A stretch of DNA of 64,000 bases from Euprymna scolopes (Eukaryota). Numbering within the stretch: the stretch's first letter is position 1; each line of letters begins with the position of its first letter. Of this stretch, positions 14,000 to 27,214 are shown in pieces. The position numbers were made by a program, and so were the translations under genes. Under the pieces are notes generated by a model. It ran no database searches. It worked only from the letters and a program-made list of their open reading frames with translations, and had not been told where the DNA came from. The stretch lies in the NCBI GenBank assembly GCA_053919585.1, contig CM132794.1; one strand, written 5' to 3'.

Positions 14000-14580
14000 C
14001 GTGCACAGGTCGCACTCATCAGCAAGGGTTTCTCAACTGCCGACCTCTTTTGTATCTCAAGTTTTTGAATCGAGTATCAGTTCTCCATAGAGAAGGTCTT
14101 TTGAGATGTTGCCGTCTTGCGTCCAGAGGACATGTTCAAACCAGCACAATCTCCGCCGACGCAAACGAGAGTACACATTGGGCACATTCACACACTCAAA
14201 TACATCGCTGTTTGTGATGAATGTTGTCAATTTTATACATATCGAGCATCCTTGTCAGATTGCACAAGTGAAAAGTATGGCGGTGATTTTCTTGGTGTTC
14301 ATACAGCGTCCAAGTCTCGCAACCGTATAGCGTCGTGCTTAGGACGTAAGCCTTATACGCCGCCATCTTTGTATTGATTGTTAATTTTTGTTCTTGCATA
14401 CTCTGATGGCAAGTCTGGTGAATGTAGAGGTTGCTCGGCTTTAGTGTCGGTCGACCGATAGTCCTATATTAAGACTGTTAGAGTTGACCCCAGGTATGTG
14501 GACACTTTGACGGCTTCAAGTTGATAGTTATTGCTGGTGATTAAAGAGGATATGTCAGTGCCCTGGCTAATGATGTTTGT
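14000..14580 (-). mobile_element. RTE-clade LINE, RT C-terminal fragment
   Basis: KLTINTKMAAYKAYVLSTTLYGCETWTLY is a typical RTE motif; upstream LEAVK...TYLGST; downstream *ETLADECDL. Confidence 0.88.
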
Positions 14581-14599
14581 TTTTATCTAACTGATAAAA

Positions 14600-14890
14600 C
14601 CCCGTCTAGCTGAAAACACTGTCAAAAATTTTCCCCACTCTTTATCTGTGCCAAAGCCAAAACGTAGTTTCCATGAACAAAGCGTCTTTCTGTGGAAACT
14701 CAGTTTGCCTGTTTCCTACCTGACTACAACCTGGATATCTTCAAGTCCAACATAAACAAATTCCTGATGATCCGCCCCCTTAAATAAGCCACTTTATCAA
14801 ATCTCGAATACTAATGTACTGTACACGCAATAAACGTTATCCCCGAGTGGCTTCCGGGCCTTGATAAGTGGTGTCTACCTTGTAAAAAAG
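14600..14890 (+). mobile_element. CR1-like LINE family B, 3' end
   Basis: Close match to 41437-41740 (cccgtctagctgaa...gagtggcttccgggccttgataagtggtg). Confidence 0.9.
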
Positions 14891-15043
14891 AAACACTGAT
14901 GGTCAGTTCAAAGGATTTATACGCTTAAATTATTCGCAATAAACGAAAGAAATCAGAAAACCAAAAGAAAGTTTAATAAATACAACCTGAACATTCAGCC
15001 GAACCCAGGTATGTTATTTAGAATGTAAAGTATGCACTACTTG

Positions 15044-15210
15044 GTGCTGCCGTCTTGCATCCAGACGACATGTCAAAAACCAGCGCAATCGATGCTGACG
15101 CAAGAGATAAAATCCGTAACATTAGAAAAGCCAGAACCGCCTATCGTAAGACCGATAAAGTTTACGGCGAACATCATATCTAAAAAAAAAAATTAGGAGT
15201 TCTGAAAGCG
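15044..15210. mobile_element. Short RTE remnants
   Basis: 15044-15103 resembles 14107-14165 (minus-strand RTE). It is followed by a plus-strand RNIRKARTAY-like segment. Confidence 0.45.
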
Positions 15211-16025
15211 AGTGACATCAAAGACTCAGAAAAAAAAAACATTTGAAGAAATTATATGGCAGGAACATAATTATTATAACGAAATTATAACGTAGGCACT
15301 TATAAAAGAGACAATTAATTGGTTAATGTCCATAGTAAGACACCCTGCTTCATAAGCTGAACAAATACGAACGTATGTGTAATCATGCGATGGGTAACAT
15401 GTTTATGTGGTGCATATGAATAGCAGACGTTGCAAGTAATATATGTTTTGTTAACGGAAGAAGAAAAACATAAATAATTAAAAATATCTGTTAAATATAA
15501 TAGATTGAATCGCCGATACGCAAAACAGCTAAAAATGCATCAAGGAAATAAAAAAATGAGAGCGTTCCTATGTAATATAAAATTCAAATGCAGTTCACAA
15601 TCGAATGTGTATCCTGCTCTGACGAGATAATTTTAATGATGCTAGATTTTGTCATTTTTCTTTTACATGTAGGTTTGTACTCCTCTCAAATAGACTAAAT
15701 GACATTTACAAATGACTATCTTATACTGATCACCCCTAACATCGGTCCACTTCAGTGACCTAACGACAATCCAAGCTGTTACATAATAAGAGGATTATGT
15801 TAACAGTTAATAAATGAGTTAGTATACAATTTAACAGACGCACTAAGTTCAGAGAGAAGTGACACGAGGATTTTCGAGATGAATTAATTCCAACTTAAGG
15901 AAAAGAAAAGATGTCAGGTCAGGTTCAAAATACAGAAAACAAACGGATATGTAAGTCGGTGTGCGCCTGAAAATATCAAATCGCGGTTAACACAGGAACG
16001 ATGGTTTCTACAGAGTTCCACGTAG

Positions 16026-16131
16026 TTTTTTTTTTACACAGTGGTCACCACTTATCAAGGCCCGGAAGCCACTCAGGGATAAGGTTTATTGCAAGTACAT
16101 ACATTACGTTAGTGTGGAGATTTGATGAAGC
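16026..16131 (-). mobile_element. CR1-like family B 3' UTR with poly(A)
   Basis: Reverse complement of 41645-41745, including the poly(T). Confidence 0.9.
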
Positions 16132-16226
16132 GACAACGGCGAGAACTATAGAAAAAGAGAAAACGATGAAAAAAACAGCAGTGCAAGCAATCAATGTAGA
16201 CGACAAAAGAACATTACACATATTAC

Positions 16227-16271
<45 letters not shown>

Positions 16272-16490
16272 GACGATTAAGCTACACTGAATATTCGGCG
16301 TTTAATCCACTCTAGGATTCCTCAGGCTTATGCGCGAATTCTGTGGTTGTTTATCGTCTTTATATGGCCCCTTTTCTATTGAGGATTTTGTTAGCCAATC
16401 AGCTTTCTAGTATCCATCGCGCTCCTTCCTATCAGCCAATGGGCATGCATTTTATCGGACAAAGGATTTGTTTTAAAACTAGGGTAGTGT
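16272..16490 (-). mobile_element. Penelope pseudo-LTR (family A) with upstream promoter-like region and degenerate hammerhead
   Basis: Minus strand: taagc-CTGAGGA-atcc tagagt ggat-TAAAC-gccgaatattcagt-GTA-gcttaa (16277-16330; G12 changed to U). Confidence 0.75.
16331..16440 (-). promoter_or_regulatory. Candidate Pol II promoter of the pseudo-LTR
   Basis: CCAAT motifs at 16395-16399 and 16436-16440; TATAAA on the minus strand at 16359-16364, about 30 nt upstream of hammerhead stem I. Confidence 0.45.
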
Positions 16491-17282
16491 TTTTTTTTTG
16501 TTAGTTTATATATAAATATATATATGTGTACATACATATATGCACATACATATACATATATATACATACATATATGTGTGATCGTTTATGTATATTCATG
16601 TTTATTTAATTTATTCATTTGTTTATTTTCTATTGTTTTTGTTAGTTTAAAAGCTATTTTGTATCGCACATATATATATTTTGTACCACACATATATATA
16701 TTTATATATAAACTAACAAAAACAAATAGCAAAGAAATATACTCCCGATTCGGCATTTTCTTTAAGTGCAAACGAAATGCATTTATTCGTATTTCTTCCA
16801 AAACAATGCAGTTCATTTTTTCCAAAGACATTTCGCACACACATGCACTTTTTAAAAGTCTCTTCCCTCACCACCTTACAGTGTCTCTTGTTAGCGCTTT
16901 CTGACCTTCGACTTTACACGCACATATGCTTCTCTCTATTGCCACGTGGCGAATTTTTCTCTATTTTTTGTGACGCAAGCTCCCGCATATTTGCTAATAC
17001 GTATACTTCCTTTAACGGCTGCTGCTGCTAATATTTTCATTAGTCAGCTATAATTCGGCTGCCGCTGATATTTTCACACGCATCCATACGCGCACTTGTA
17101 CAAGTATAAAAAAATAACAAAACTGCTTAGTCAAAATTAAGCTCAAAATAACAACGATAATTCTGGTCCTGAATTTTTGGAGGCGAGAAGATTAAATAAT
17201 TTGTTTTACTTGGATTATTTAAGCTACTGTTTATATATTGTATGCTATTCTAACAACGTTTCGCACAATTCCACCCATGAGA

Positions 17283-17719
17283 TCTATAATATAAATCTCA
17301 CCTTTCTGTGTAAATGTATATATGCATGTAGTTATGTCTGCCTAAAACTTTCGACAGAGGCGACGGATTTTCACGAGATTTCTATAATTTTGCAGTTCTA
17401 CATCTCGGACGACAAATATAGAAGTAATAGTCAAAAATATTCATCAATTCACCCTCAACTGGGCAGATTTCTTCAAGGAGGGGTCGATTTTTTACAAGCC
17501 ATTTTTTTTCATATCATCCTACCGGTTAGATTTTCTTTGCCTAATTTTACGTCCCGAACTTCCGGTCGCGTCATGGAGTAGCAGTAAGATATCATACTTT
17601 CTTTCACTTTCTTTTCCGCCTTCGCGTCACGGGTTCGATCCTGTTTGCCTACTCTCACTTTTTATATTTTGCTCAATACACACTCCTTAACACCGGGCAA
17701 CTCCGGGCACTCAGACCAG
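17283..17719 (+). mobile_element. Non-autonomous Helitron-like element
   Basis: A|TCTATAATATAAA 5' end; 3' GC hairpin ccgggcaactccgg then CCAG|T; internal B-box-like gggttcgatcc at about 17631. Confidence 0.7.
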
Positions 17720-18989
17720 TAATGGATAAATATTAGATAAAATACAATTGTATTTGACACTATTCTTGAATTTGGAGGTCCAATAATCAATGCGAACGAT
17801 ACTCAGAATACTGTAACGTTGTCCAGGAACCAACATGTTGTAGCTTAGTCGTAAAGAAGAGAAAATAACTTACTCTCGCTTTTTTTTTGTTGCGCAACAA
17901 CATTTATTTTTTCATTCTCTCATCACCGCTAAGACATCACTCACGTAATCGTATTCTCAAGCCTCATACACATCTCTAACGTGATCTCTGATGTTCTTTC
18001 CGTCTATAACTCAATCTTCTTTTTAAAGTCTTTATTTTTTCCTACCAGTAACGTCATTTTTCACGCATTTGTATACGCGCGTATGCGCTACGTTACAATA
18101 TAATTGCGGATTTCTAATGATATTTACTCGATTATTACTTCCTTAACAGGAACATTCTACCTCGTGTAATCAAAAAAAAAAAAAAAAAAAAAAAAGAAAA
18201 AAAGATTACATTGTAAATTCGGTGTAGATTTCCGAGTTTGAAAAACAATTCCTGAGTTCGAAAAGAAAAGCAGGCCGATAAAAATATTGGAACAGTACTT
18301 CGAATAACACAATTAATACAAACGATAATTCTATTTCACAAACGTCAAAGCACCAAAAAAATATATTTAAAAAAATGCGTGACAGATAAACTGAGATGCT
18401 AATTAAACTTTAAGCTCACACACTAAAGTAAATTCTGTTTAAAACTGAAACGTAACAGACGAGCCGACGTTCCGCCCGACAGCCAGAACCTTCCGTAAAA
18501 ATGCCTGGATGCCACAAAAAAGATCAGTTCTATAACGAGGGAAGAATAATGGGTAGTTTTACTTCGGATGGAAAATATTCCTCAGTTTCCATCTTTTACG
18601 GAAATATCGATTGTCATGCGACGGAAGGCGCTCAAAGGATCGAAGAAAACAGAGAAAGAAAATGAAAAAAAAAATCAAAGACTATAAAAATACATCGATG
18701 ATGAATCAAAATTGGACATGTAAGGACTAATCGATAATAAAAAAAAATATTAATATGAAAGAGAGAGATTAAAAGGAAATTTTAAAAATCAATTTTCCGA
18801 ATGGCCAAGATGTAGATCATTCACGGAATACGTCAGTAGTTCAAAGTCTTGGCAAAGGCTCGTCTTGGTAATCTTATTGACGTTACGATAATCGTGTGGA
18901 CATAGTGCGAGATTGATTTTTGTTATGACATTTCTGTATAGCTGCCTGTAGAAACACATGTTTTATGAGGGGGTGAATTAACGTTTACT

Positions 18990-19330
18990 TTTTCAAAGAA
19001 TCAAGCTGTGGGCAAATAGCTCCAATTCCTTATGGATGCCTTCATGAACGCAAAGCCTACAGGATGAACCCTGACAAAAAATCCGGTTTGCAGTTCCGAC
19101 AGGCGGATGATGAATCACTGCAACACTTTTTTTGGCAACTCCTGCGATGGCTACGACCGTATTAGCTTGCCTATCCGTCGGACTTGTTAGCAACGCCGAG
19201 AGGGGGGGTGGTTACTGGATTAACCTACTACTTCTTATCTGCATCTGCATCCGAGGAGGCAACTTTAGCTTCGACTTTATAACCATAGCAGACGTTGCAG
19301 TCCAACAGACTAGATGCAAAACGCAACTTT
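18990..19330 (-). mobile_element. Probable RTE 5'-UTR remnant
   Basis: Shares aagctaatacg.tcg.agcc...gttgcca...tgtca.gg...catcc.caagg with 41760-41950 on the plus strand. The RTE assignment is from recollection of such UTRs. Confidence 0.45.
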
Positions 19331-19549
19331 CATATTAAATAGAAGGTTACACTCACTATTTCAAAGAAGATGCTTCGTGGTTTGGTGATATTTGAAGTAA
19401 TCCAAATAGTTTATTTTGCTTTTGTATTCTAAACGATGTGTTAAATATTCTCAAGATGAAGAGAATGCTTTTATTCACAAAGAAATTTCAATTTGCCTAT
19501 GCACTTTGTCATCAATGAACTTTATCTACTGAATAGATTTTTTTTCCTA

Positions 19550-20030
19550 TAAAAAGGGAGCTGAAAATCGGCGGTCACACCTCTCAGTGACGTTCTTTAA
19601 GTGCAGCCGTAAAAGAAATAGTAATATATGTAAATCGCACCTCAAATGCGAACCTCATGGATGCAAGAGACACTGACATCCGAGAGAGAGCAGCTCTAGT
19701 CTCAAGAGAAGTAGCAAGGTTTCCCATCGACGTGGCAACTCTCAACGAGACAAGATTACTTGGCGAAGGTCAGATATCTGAAATTGGATCAGAACATACC
19801 TTCTTCTGGAAAGGTAAAGCACTGGAAGACCATTGTTCCCAGGCTGTTGGTTTTGTCATTAAGATTACGGTCCCCCAGATACCAGTAAGAGACATATTCC
19901 TCCTTCTGCGAAATTTCATCGCCAAAGTGGAGAGACCCACTATCTTTGGCGTAACAGGGAGAAACTATAATGACAATGGCTTCCTCCTCCATGGTCTCCG
20001 CTCTGAACAGGAACATTTCACCACTAAATA
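19550..20030 (+). mobile_element. RTE-clade LINE, AP-endonuclease fragment
   Basis: ORF 19657: RERAALVSREVARFPIDVATLNETRLLGEGQISEIGSEHTFFWKGK...VGFVIK; an internal deletion precedes YNDNGFLL. Confidence 0.9.
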
Positions 20031-20032
20031 TG

Positions 20033-20094
<62 letters not shown>

Positions 20095-22199
20095 GGCGTT
20101 AGTAATGTAAGACAAGTATTTATCTATGTTTCTTAAAATAAAAATGTAATTTCGTATCGATTTAATCGAATGTCATATTAAATTCAGACAACAGGTTTTA
20201 CTAATATTATATAGTGTGTAGAAGCGGCCAATTCTCGCATAGGCATTACTCTCCTAAATCTTCCCTGAGTAGGGCGTTAATGACGGACGATACTCTCGTA
20301 ATTTATTGGTGAATAGAGGAGGCAGCAGTTTTCTTTCGTTGACTTTTGACTCAAGAGATAGAGAAAGAGAGAAAGAAAGAGAGAGAGAGAGTGCGGAACA
20401 ACAGGATGAAGAGAAGAAAACAGGAAGAAAAAAAGAGAAAAAAGTAACATTTTAGTCTGTTTTTTTTTTTTTCAACCAAAATGTAATTTCCTATCGATTT
20501 ATTCGAATTTTATTCATTAATATTTAAAAAGGCGCCGGAAAAGTCTAATACTGTTACCTAAATTATTGGTTATTACTTAAAAATATACGAGGTATTTGAT
20601 ATACACTGTTGGAAAAAAGGAAACGGTTCATACCTGTCGTTCCTTTCGTTGTCCTTGGCTAAAGATTTGTGACTTTATATAGAGATGGGGATACAGAGAG
20701 AAAAAAGAAGAGATGGAAAAGGGAGAAGAAAACAAGAAAATTAATAATAATAATTTGCTCTATGCATTAAATAGCATCAAAATTTCATCATCATCACCGT
20801 AAGTCAAACGGTTATTTCGACGTAGTACAGAATGTTTTAATTCTAACCTAAGCCGGGAATTTGATCTCGAATAACTTTTTTACTTTTATTTTTACCACAA
20901 TATACTTAATCTATGAAAATTAAAACATCGAGGTAGCTCTACTAGTTTTTATATATTAGAAGTATTTTCGGGTGTCACTTAATACGGTTTTCTTTTTTTT
21001 CTGTCTTTGTCATAATTTACCGATTATCGATATCCCCATGGAAGCATAAAACTACAGACTATTTCATATTTTAACAATATGGCAACAACACATAGACGTC
21101 TTATAAAGGGGGTTATAATACCATTTTACGGGTGGGAACTGTGGATGTTGTATTACTGGCAGTACTGGCAGTACAATCACGAGGATGTAGTGCAACTTTG
21201 ATTGTTGCCTTTTTGATTTTACCTAAGCCTCTCCATAAATACATTCTGCAGTAGCATAAAAACTACCATCAGTTTTTCTCTTTTGTTAAGGCGCTGTAAT
21301 GTGAGTGTCAATCATCTACGATATCTTCGAAGGGCGAAACTGGGCAGCGCTTACCATTCATTAACAATGTAATTTGAGCGCTTTTAGACATCGTACCTAA
21401 TTCCACTTATAAGGGTTCAGTTGTTATGTGTCGTGTCGTATTTAGTTAGATGTCAAAATGACAAAGAACAGGATAGAACCCATAACAGATTTATTACGAT
21501 TTTAATCATACAGAAACCTTTGAAAAGATATGTAGCTATTAATTACGTCCCCATTCATCGATGATTTAGTAACGTATTGTAATTAAGAATATATAAAGAT
21601 GCAATTTATGTTTTTACGAAGAGCAGATGCTGCAGAGGAAGCATGATGGACTAAAGAAGAAGAGATAATAGATAATTGAAAATGTCTCTGATTGGCGTCC
21701 GATCACACATATAAACCAGCCTGTTTAAGTATGTTTCTTGACGTAGTGTGTGTATAAGTTCGTTCCAAAATTATTCTTAATAATACAGTATTGATATTGT
21801 GATATTAATATTACGATAATCATATGAAGAAAACCATACAATAAATATACTTTTCGACGCTGAGTCCGGTCAGTGTTTATATGATTTACTGTTTTGACAT
21901 AACAAGGTGAACGGAGGTGAACAATCCAATCAGGTTTATAAATACCTCACTTGGAATATTATTGACGACGGACTAGCGTCCGGTCATGAAGACTGTCCAT
22001 TTAATTCCGGTATCAAAATATTTATTAAAAAGTTTTTATTTAAAAGTCTACAGACTGAAACACAAAGGAAGTCACCGCTTATCAATGGTTATTCGATCAT
22101 AATGATGAAAGACACAGTACTTTGATAATCGGTAATGGTAAAGATTGTATAAAAGTTGATTATTTACGAACATGGGTCAAAAAGAACTTGTTTACTCTG

Positions 22200-22620
22200 A
22201 ACTTGAAAACGATCAGTTTATATTAAGTAAGGAAGCTCCACAGACAGCCAGCTCAAAGAAAAGAAGTTTTGCTCGTGGAATGTTTGTTAAGAGATAGCGT
22301 AAGGCAAATTGTTGACAGTGATTTTAGCTAGACCAAGTGTTTGACGTCAGTGTTTAAGAAATAGAAGCATGAACTTATTAAGTCGAGCATCTTCTATGAA
22401 AATAACGGTAGAACAGAAATAAACTCGCTACGTCTATTCTGTGAGAAAGAGAAAGTAGGGAGGAAAAGTAAACATATTCCACTAGATTTCGAATTCATTT
22501 TTGTATAGTGTAAATGCAGGAAAAGGTATTCCGAGCATCCCTCCCAGATATGGTAACAGTACTCCGTTTTTGGGATGCATTTGGATCATAGAAGTAGAGA
22601 AGTGAATTGGAAATGGCATG
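22200..22620 (-). mobile_element. Old CR1-like family B 3' fragment
   Basis: Minus strand reads HPKTEYCYHIWEG (cf. RPRMEYCCHIWAG) and an FHEQ..FF.RAGCLW-like segment. Confidence 0.65.
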
Positions 22621-23974
22621 ACTCGTATTGCATTAGGGGTGATGTTCGGTCCCTGTCTTTGGTGAAACTTTAGCGCCGCCTGTATATCGATGCGTATACT
22701 GCATAGTCCACCTGACGGACACGGTTGCCAAAAGCAACGATATTAATCAATATCGCCGATAGCAAAAAAACTTTCAATTTTATCTTATTGCTTCAAGGCC
22801 AGCGTGCTTGCTTTTCATTATATACAGAAAAAAACATATAAAGTATAATATACTTTAGCCAGAATTCAGATACGATGAATCTCGTTTATATTTGCTTTAT
22901 TTGGCATACATCTTCATCTACTCCTTTGGTCTCCTTCATTAATTCAATTATTCCATATCTCTCATTCTTTTGAATAAACCAAGTCTTCTACATTTATTCG
23001 ATATTATTCTATAGATGATTCGATCAGTTCTAAGGGATCAACGAGTTCTTTGCATCAAATGGAAGTTGATTCCTTTTTTTTTCGAATCAAAATTTTTAAT
23101 ACCTGCTTCGAGATGTGACCACGCAATTACAAGATCAGCCAAGGTTGCAATTGGAAATAAACATCCAGTTCGAAGATGTCACGTGGCCGTTTTTCCATGT
23201 GCGCGAGAAATATCTGTAATCAAGGAATACATTTTCAATGGTTCGCATTTCAAATATAATGCATTTAATTATATCTATAAGATTTTTAAAGCTGCGTTAT
23301 ATATTGTGACTTTACGATAGTATATAGCGATTTTCATTGCGAGTGTGTAATTTTGGAAATTGTCATATTAGTACATGCCATAGAATTCTAGCGGCATATG
23401 AAAATGTACACACAAGGAGGTGCCGTGATTGAAGCGAAGGCCAAAAGCCAACTTCTTAAAAATAAAAATATGCATGTGTCGAACGATATTACAATAAAGA
23501 CAACATCACATATTCAATCGAATATTGAGGATTTCTCTGGAGAGTCTCCTTCAAGAGCGACATAGAAAAGACACGCCCGGAAATGGTAATATAAGCGAAT
23601 GTTACTTCGAAATTATGCCCGTCTGCGTATCCCAATTTTCAAGTTAGAAAAGAACTTGCAAGGTGTTAATCTCCTCCGCAATGACTAAACTCTTATAAGA
23701 TGTAATATTTGAAAACTTAGCATTGTGTTTCGTGGACGTGTAATTTTGTTCGTCTAGCTAAATAGACGTGGCGGTCAACAATCACCCAAGGACCACGTGG
23801 AAAGAGGACGAAAAAAACCCCGACAATTCAGAGAATAAAGATCAACATATATACATAAAGACATCTATCATATTGTTATCTTGGTCGCTCACGAGCAAGA
23901 ACGAACATTTACGACATTCTACACCTGGTGAATTGTTACAGCTGAATCTAAAAAGCATTTTGTTTTTACATTTT

Positions 23975-24835
23975 CTATTCAGTTTTCACCCCAAACAAGG
24001 CACAGTGCCACTTTGAAGTAGGGTGCTACTATTGGGGACATAAGTTACTGGGGTATTATGAAGGGTGATGAGTAGCAAGATGTCTGTTCACATTACAATT
24101 GCACTTCTGCATGATAGTACAGTTGGGAAAGCAGAATACCGGAAGGGAGTTTCAAAGTCTAGCAGTTCTGGGAAATAAACTATTGTAGTAGAATGCTTTC
24201 TTGGGTGGAATTTAGCTGCTTGTCAGGTTTGTCGGAGGTATTCACGTCAAGGGGGTACAAGTGCTTGTATTTCGTCAGAGCAGTCACCATTAAAGCACTT
24301 GTAGAACAGGCAGAGGAATGCAACATTTCGTCGATGGGAAATAAGCTGTAGCTTAGATGACAGTTCAGGACCTTTCAGGTTGGCAACTCTCTTTTTGAAT
24401 CCTGTCAAGGAGTGAAAGACAAGCAGCAGATGCACCAGCCCAAATGTGACAACAGTTCTGCATACATGAGCGAATAGTGGCCTTATAGAGGTACAAGATA
24501 CTTTCAGGCGTAAGTAGCTTTCTAGCACAGTAGAGAGAGCCCAACATATTCGCAACAGCATTGGCAACGCTCTCAATTTATCTATTCCAGTTCATATTCC
24601 CTGTAAACGTTAGGCCGATGAGTCTAAAGGAAGTACTTTCGCGTAATGTGTTCTTGGCCATTGCTATTGGTGGTAGTGAATCTTTCTTGTAATTCTTGCC
24701 AGCATTGAATGTGACCATCCATTTTTGTCCCCATTCCACTGCAGATTGGATGTCATCCTCTAGTGATTCTGACATTTCTTTAGACATGTGTTCATTTGTT
24801 TTGTCCTCGTGTCTGTTATAGATAGTTATATAAGC
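23975..24835 (-). mobile_element. CR1-like LINE family A, 3' fragment
   Basis: EWGQKWMVTFNAGK, LYLYKATIRSCMQNCCHIWAGA and SHRRNVAFLCLFYK; 3' UTR matches 13780-13826. Confidence 0.92.
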
Positions 24836-25597
24836 AGCAAATATAACCATTTAGTATTGGATTTTTACTGGCCACTTTTAATTAGTTATTTTTATACTAA
24901 AGTAAACTCACAGCTTCAATTTAGTAAAAATTCTTAAACTAGTTTGCCATTTACTAATATGAAAACATACTTAAATAAAATAAACTTGAAAGGAAAAAAT
25001 GCTATGGAAAAATGTCTTTTTCTTCCAAGCAAGAATTTGTATTGCTAGGTTTTTTTTTTTCAGATTAACTGGTGAAGCTAAGAAAAATGGTTATGAAACA
25101 CAGAACATTTGACGAAACGAAATGTAATGGTTTCTGGTTACCTTGAATCATTAAGGCGAGAATATTATAATGTGAATTTTTTATCTTTATATTTTACTTT
25201 ATATCAACTTAATGGGAAATTTTGGTATTTGTCTTTTTAAGCGCACTGAGCCTGTCATGTGTAAAGTCAATAAATACTCTTTAAAGAGAGGGGTTCGTGA
25301 TGAAGAGAGCATAAATAATTAACTTTGCGCAATATTCAAGAAGAATTCTCTTTATAAACCATGGACAAAATTTAAAATGGTTAAAATTTCCTTTCACATT
25401 TTGCAAGGCTTCATAAATTAATCTGCCCTGCTAGTCGAGTCATAACATCAGCAATACCATCAGAATGATGTAAGCTATTAATCATAATTTTGTGAGTGAT
25501 ACAGACTGCGTATATTTAAATGAATACTATTAATTAAGGTTCTTAATTTGCCGTCAGACAATTTCGTTGGGTTTGTTTTGTGGTGAAGCTTTGGCTA

Positions 25598-26268
25598 TGT
25601 GTTATGTTATGGCGGTCAGTGCCAAGAGTCAGAACGAGTATTGTGATTTCTTGTTAAATTATTTAGGTTAAAAAATATTAAGAAAAATGTTTTAAAAAAT
25701 GTTAGTTAAAATATTTTTGGTAAAATATTTACCTGGGGAATTTTGGCCTAGTGGAAAATGTTATGATAAGAGTTAAAGCATAAAGAAAGTTAGCTTGAAA
25801 TTTGGGTAGAAAACAATGATGAGGCGTACGTGAAAAACAAGATACTCCACTCTAGCTTACGTCAGAGACACGTAAGGCAGGAGAAATCAGGATTAGGAAT
25901 GAGCCTGGAACGGGATGTCGACGAGACGAGTTGTAACTTAGCTATCCACTAGATTAGACCCGACAGGAGTTGTCTTTGGTCCGATGGAAGCATCTGCAGA
26001 ACAACTAACGTAGGGAGAAAGTTATGAGCTGCAGACCCCAAGACACGAATAATTTTGGAAATAAATAACTAGAAATGATTACTCGGCGTTTTGAGTGTTC
26101 TATTCAGAAGAAGGTTCTTTCATTTTCAGGTGGCTGCTGCCAGAGGAGATAGAGACAATGAATAAGGTATGTATCAAGCAAACGAGAATTTATTGGTTCA
26201 TTGTTAAATGTGTCCGTTATTGTCTCGTTAGTTATTGTTGTGGATATGTGAAAACGCCCACATACACA
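25598..26268 (+). mobile_element. Possible solo LTR
   Basis: TGTG...CACA ends with an imperfect inverted repeat (tgtgttatgttatggcg / cgcccacatacaca) and an internal AATAAA. No clear TSD. Confidence 0.35.
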
Positions 26269-26499
26269 TAGAAAGACAATCAAATGTACACATAACAGAT
26301 CAACACATCCAGACCATCATCTATACAAAGAAAAGTAACTGGCATTTATAATTCAAACAATAAAACTATATAGGAGCATCGATTACAGAAACACGTATAT
26401 CTTATGTACACTAGACATACATAAAAATTAGAAAACAATACAATAGGTCGAAGAAATTAAAAAAAATATAGATAAACATAATGAATTGAAGTGTCTAAA

Positions 26500-27214
26500 T
26501 GTGAAGGTAACGTGCTTTGGATGTTTATGTAGTTTGACTCATGCCCATGTAACCTACATCTAAAATTTCAAGTGTTTAGACTCAAAATTGGCGGAGAAGT
26601 TCGATAGAGTCTGCAATGGTGAACTCTTTCAACTTTAATCTCTTGGCAGTCAAATTTTCGCATAAAAACAGATTTGAATATCCTTTATGTAAAATTTCAA
26701 ATACTTAGATCCAGAATTGGCTGAATAGTTTTCCGTGATTGCAAAAGTCAAATATTTTGAACTTTGACCCCTTGGCAGAAGAATTCTCAGCCCCACAACG
26801 ATTAATTAGCTTGCCATATGTCTTTTTATACGTTTTGTAAAATTTCAAATGTCTATATAAAAATAGGCTGAATAATTTGATAGAGATCTCAGAGGTCAAA
26901 TTTTATAAACTTTGATCCCAATTTTGACCACTTAACATTTATTGTTTTGGGCTCAAATCAAATAAAAACAGTTTGATCGATGTCCAACTAACCTACATCT
27001 GAAATATCAAGTGTTTAGACACAGAGGAGTTTGGTAGAGTTTTTAAAGGTCAAATCGGCCGAAAACTGATTAAAAAGATTTTCCCAAATCTCAATACCCC
27101 TAATGTAAAATCTCGAGTTTGTAGACTGAAAATTGACAGAGTAGTTTGGTAGGGAAATGTACACACACAGACACAAACACACAGCCATAAAAACAGAGGC
27201 AATTTCACTTTTAT
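26500..27214 (-). mobile_element. Non-autonomous Helitron-like element with internal tandem units
   Basis: Same family as 42083-42461 and 42825-43513 (aaaatttcaagtgtttagac.caaaattggcggagaagtt; tgtagact.aaaattgacagagt). Confidence 0.75.

Noticed and set aside
13995-14030. Minus-strand CTGATGA-gtgc...gcac resembling a hammerhead
   Set aside because: No GAAA box or stem I; it is the RTE coding remnant ETLADECDL.
23724-23922. Short solo LTR (TG...AATAAA...CA)
   Set aside because: No target-site duplication or convincing inverted termini.
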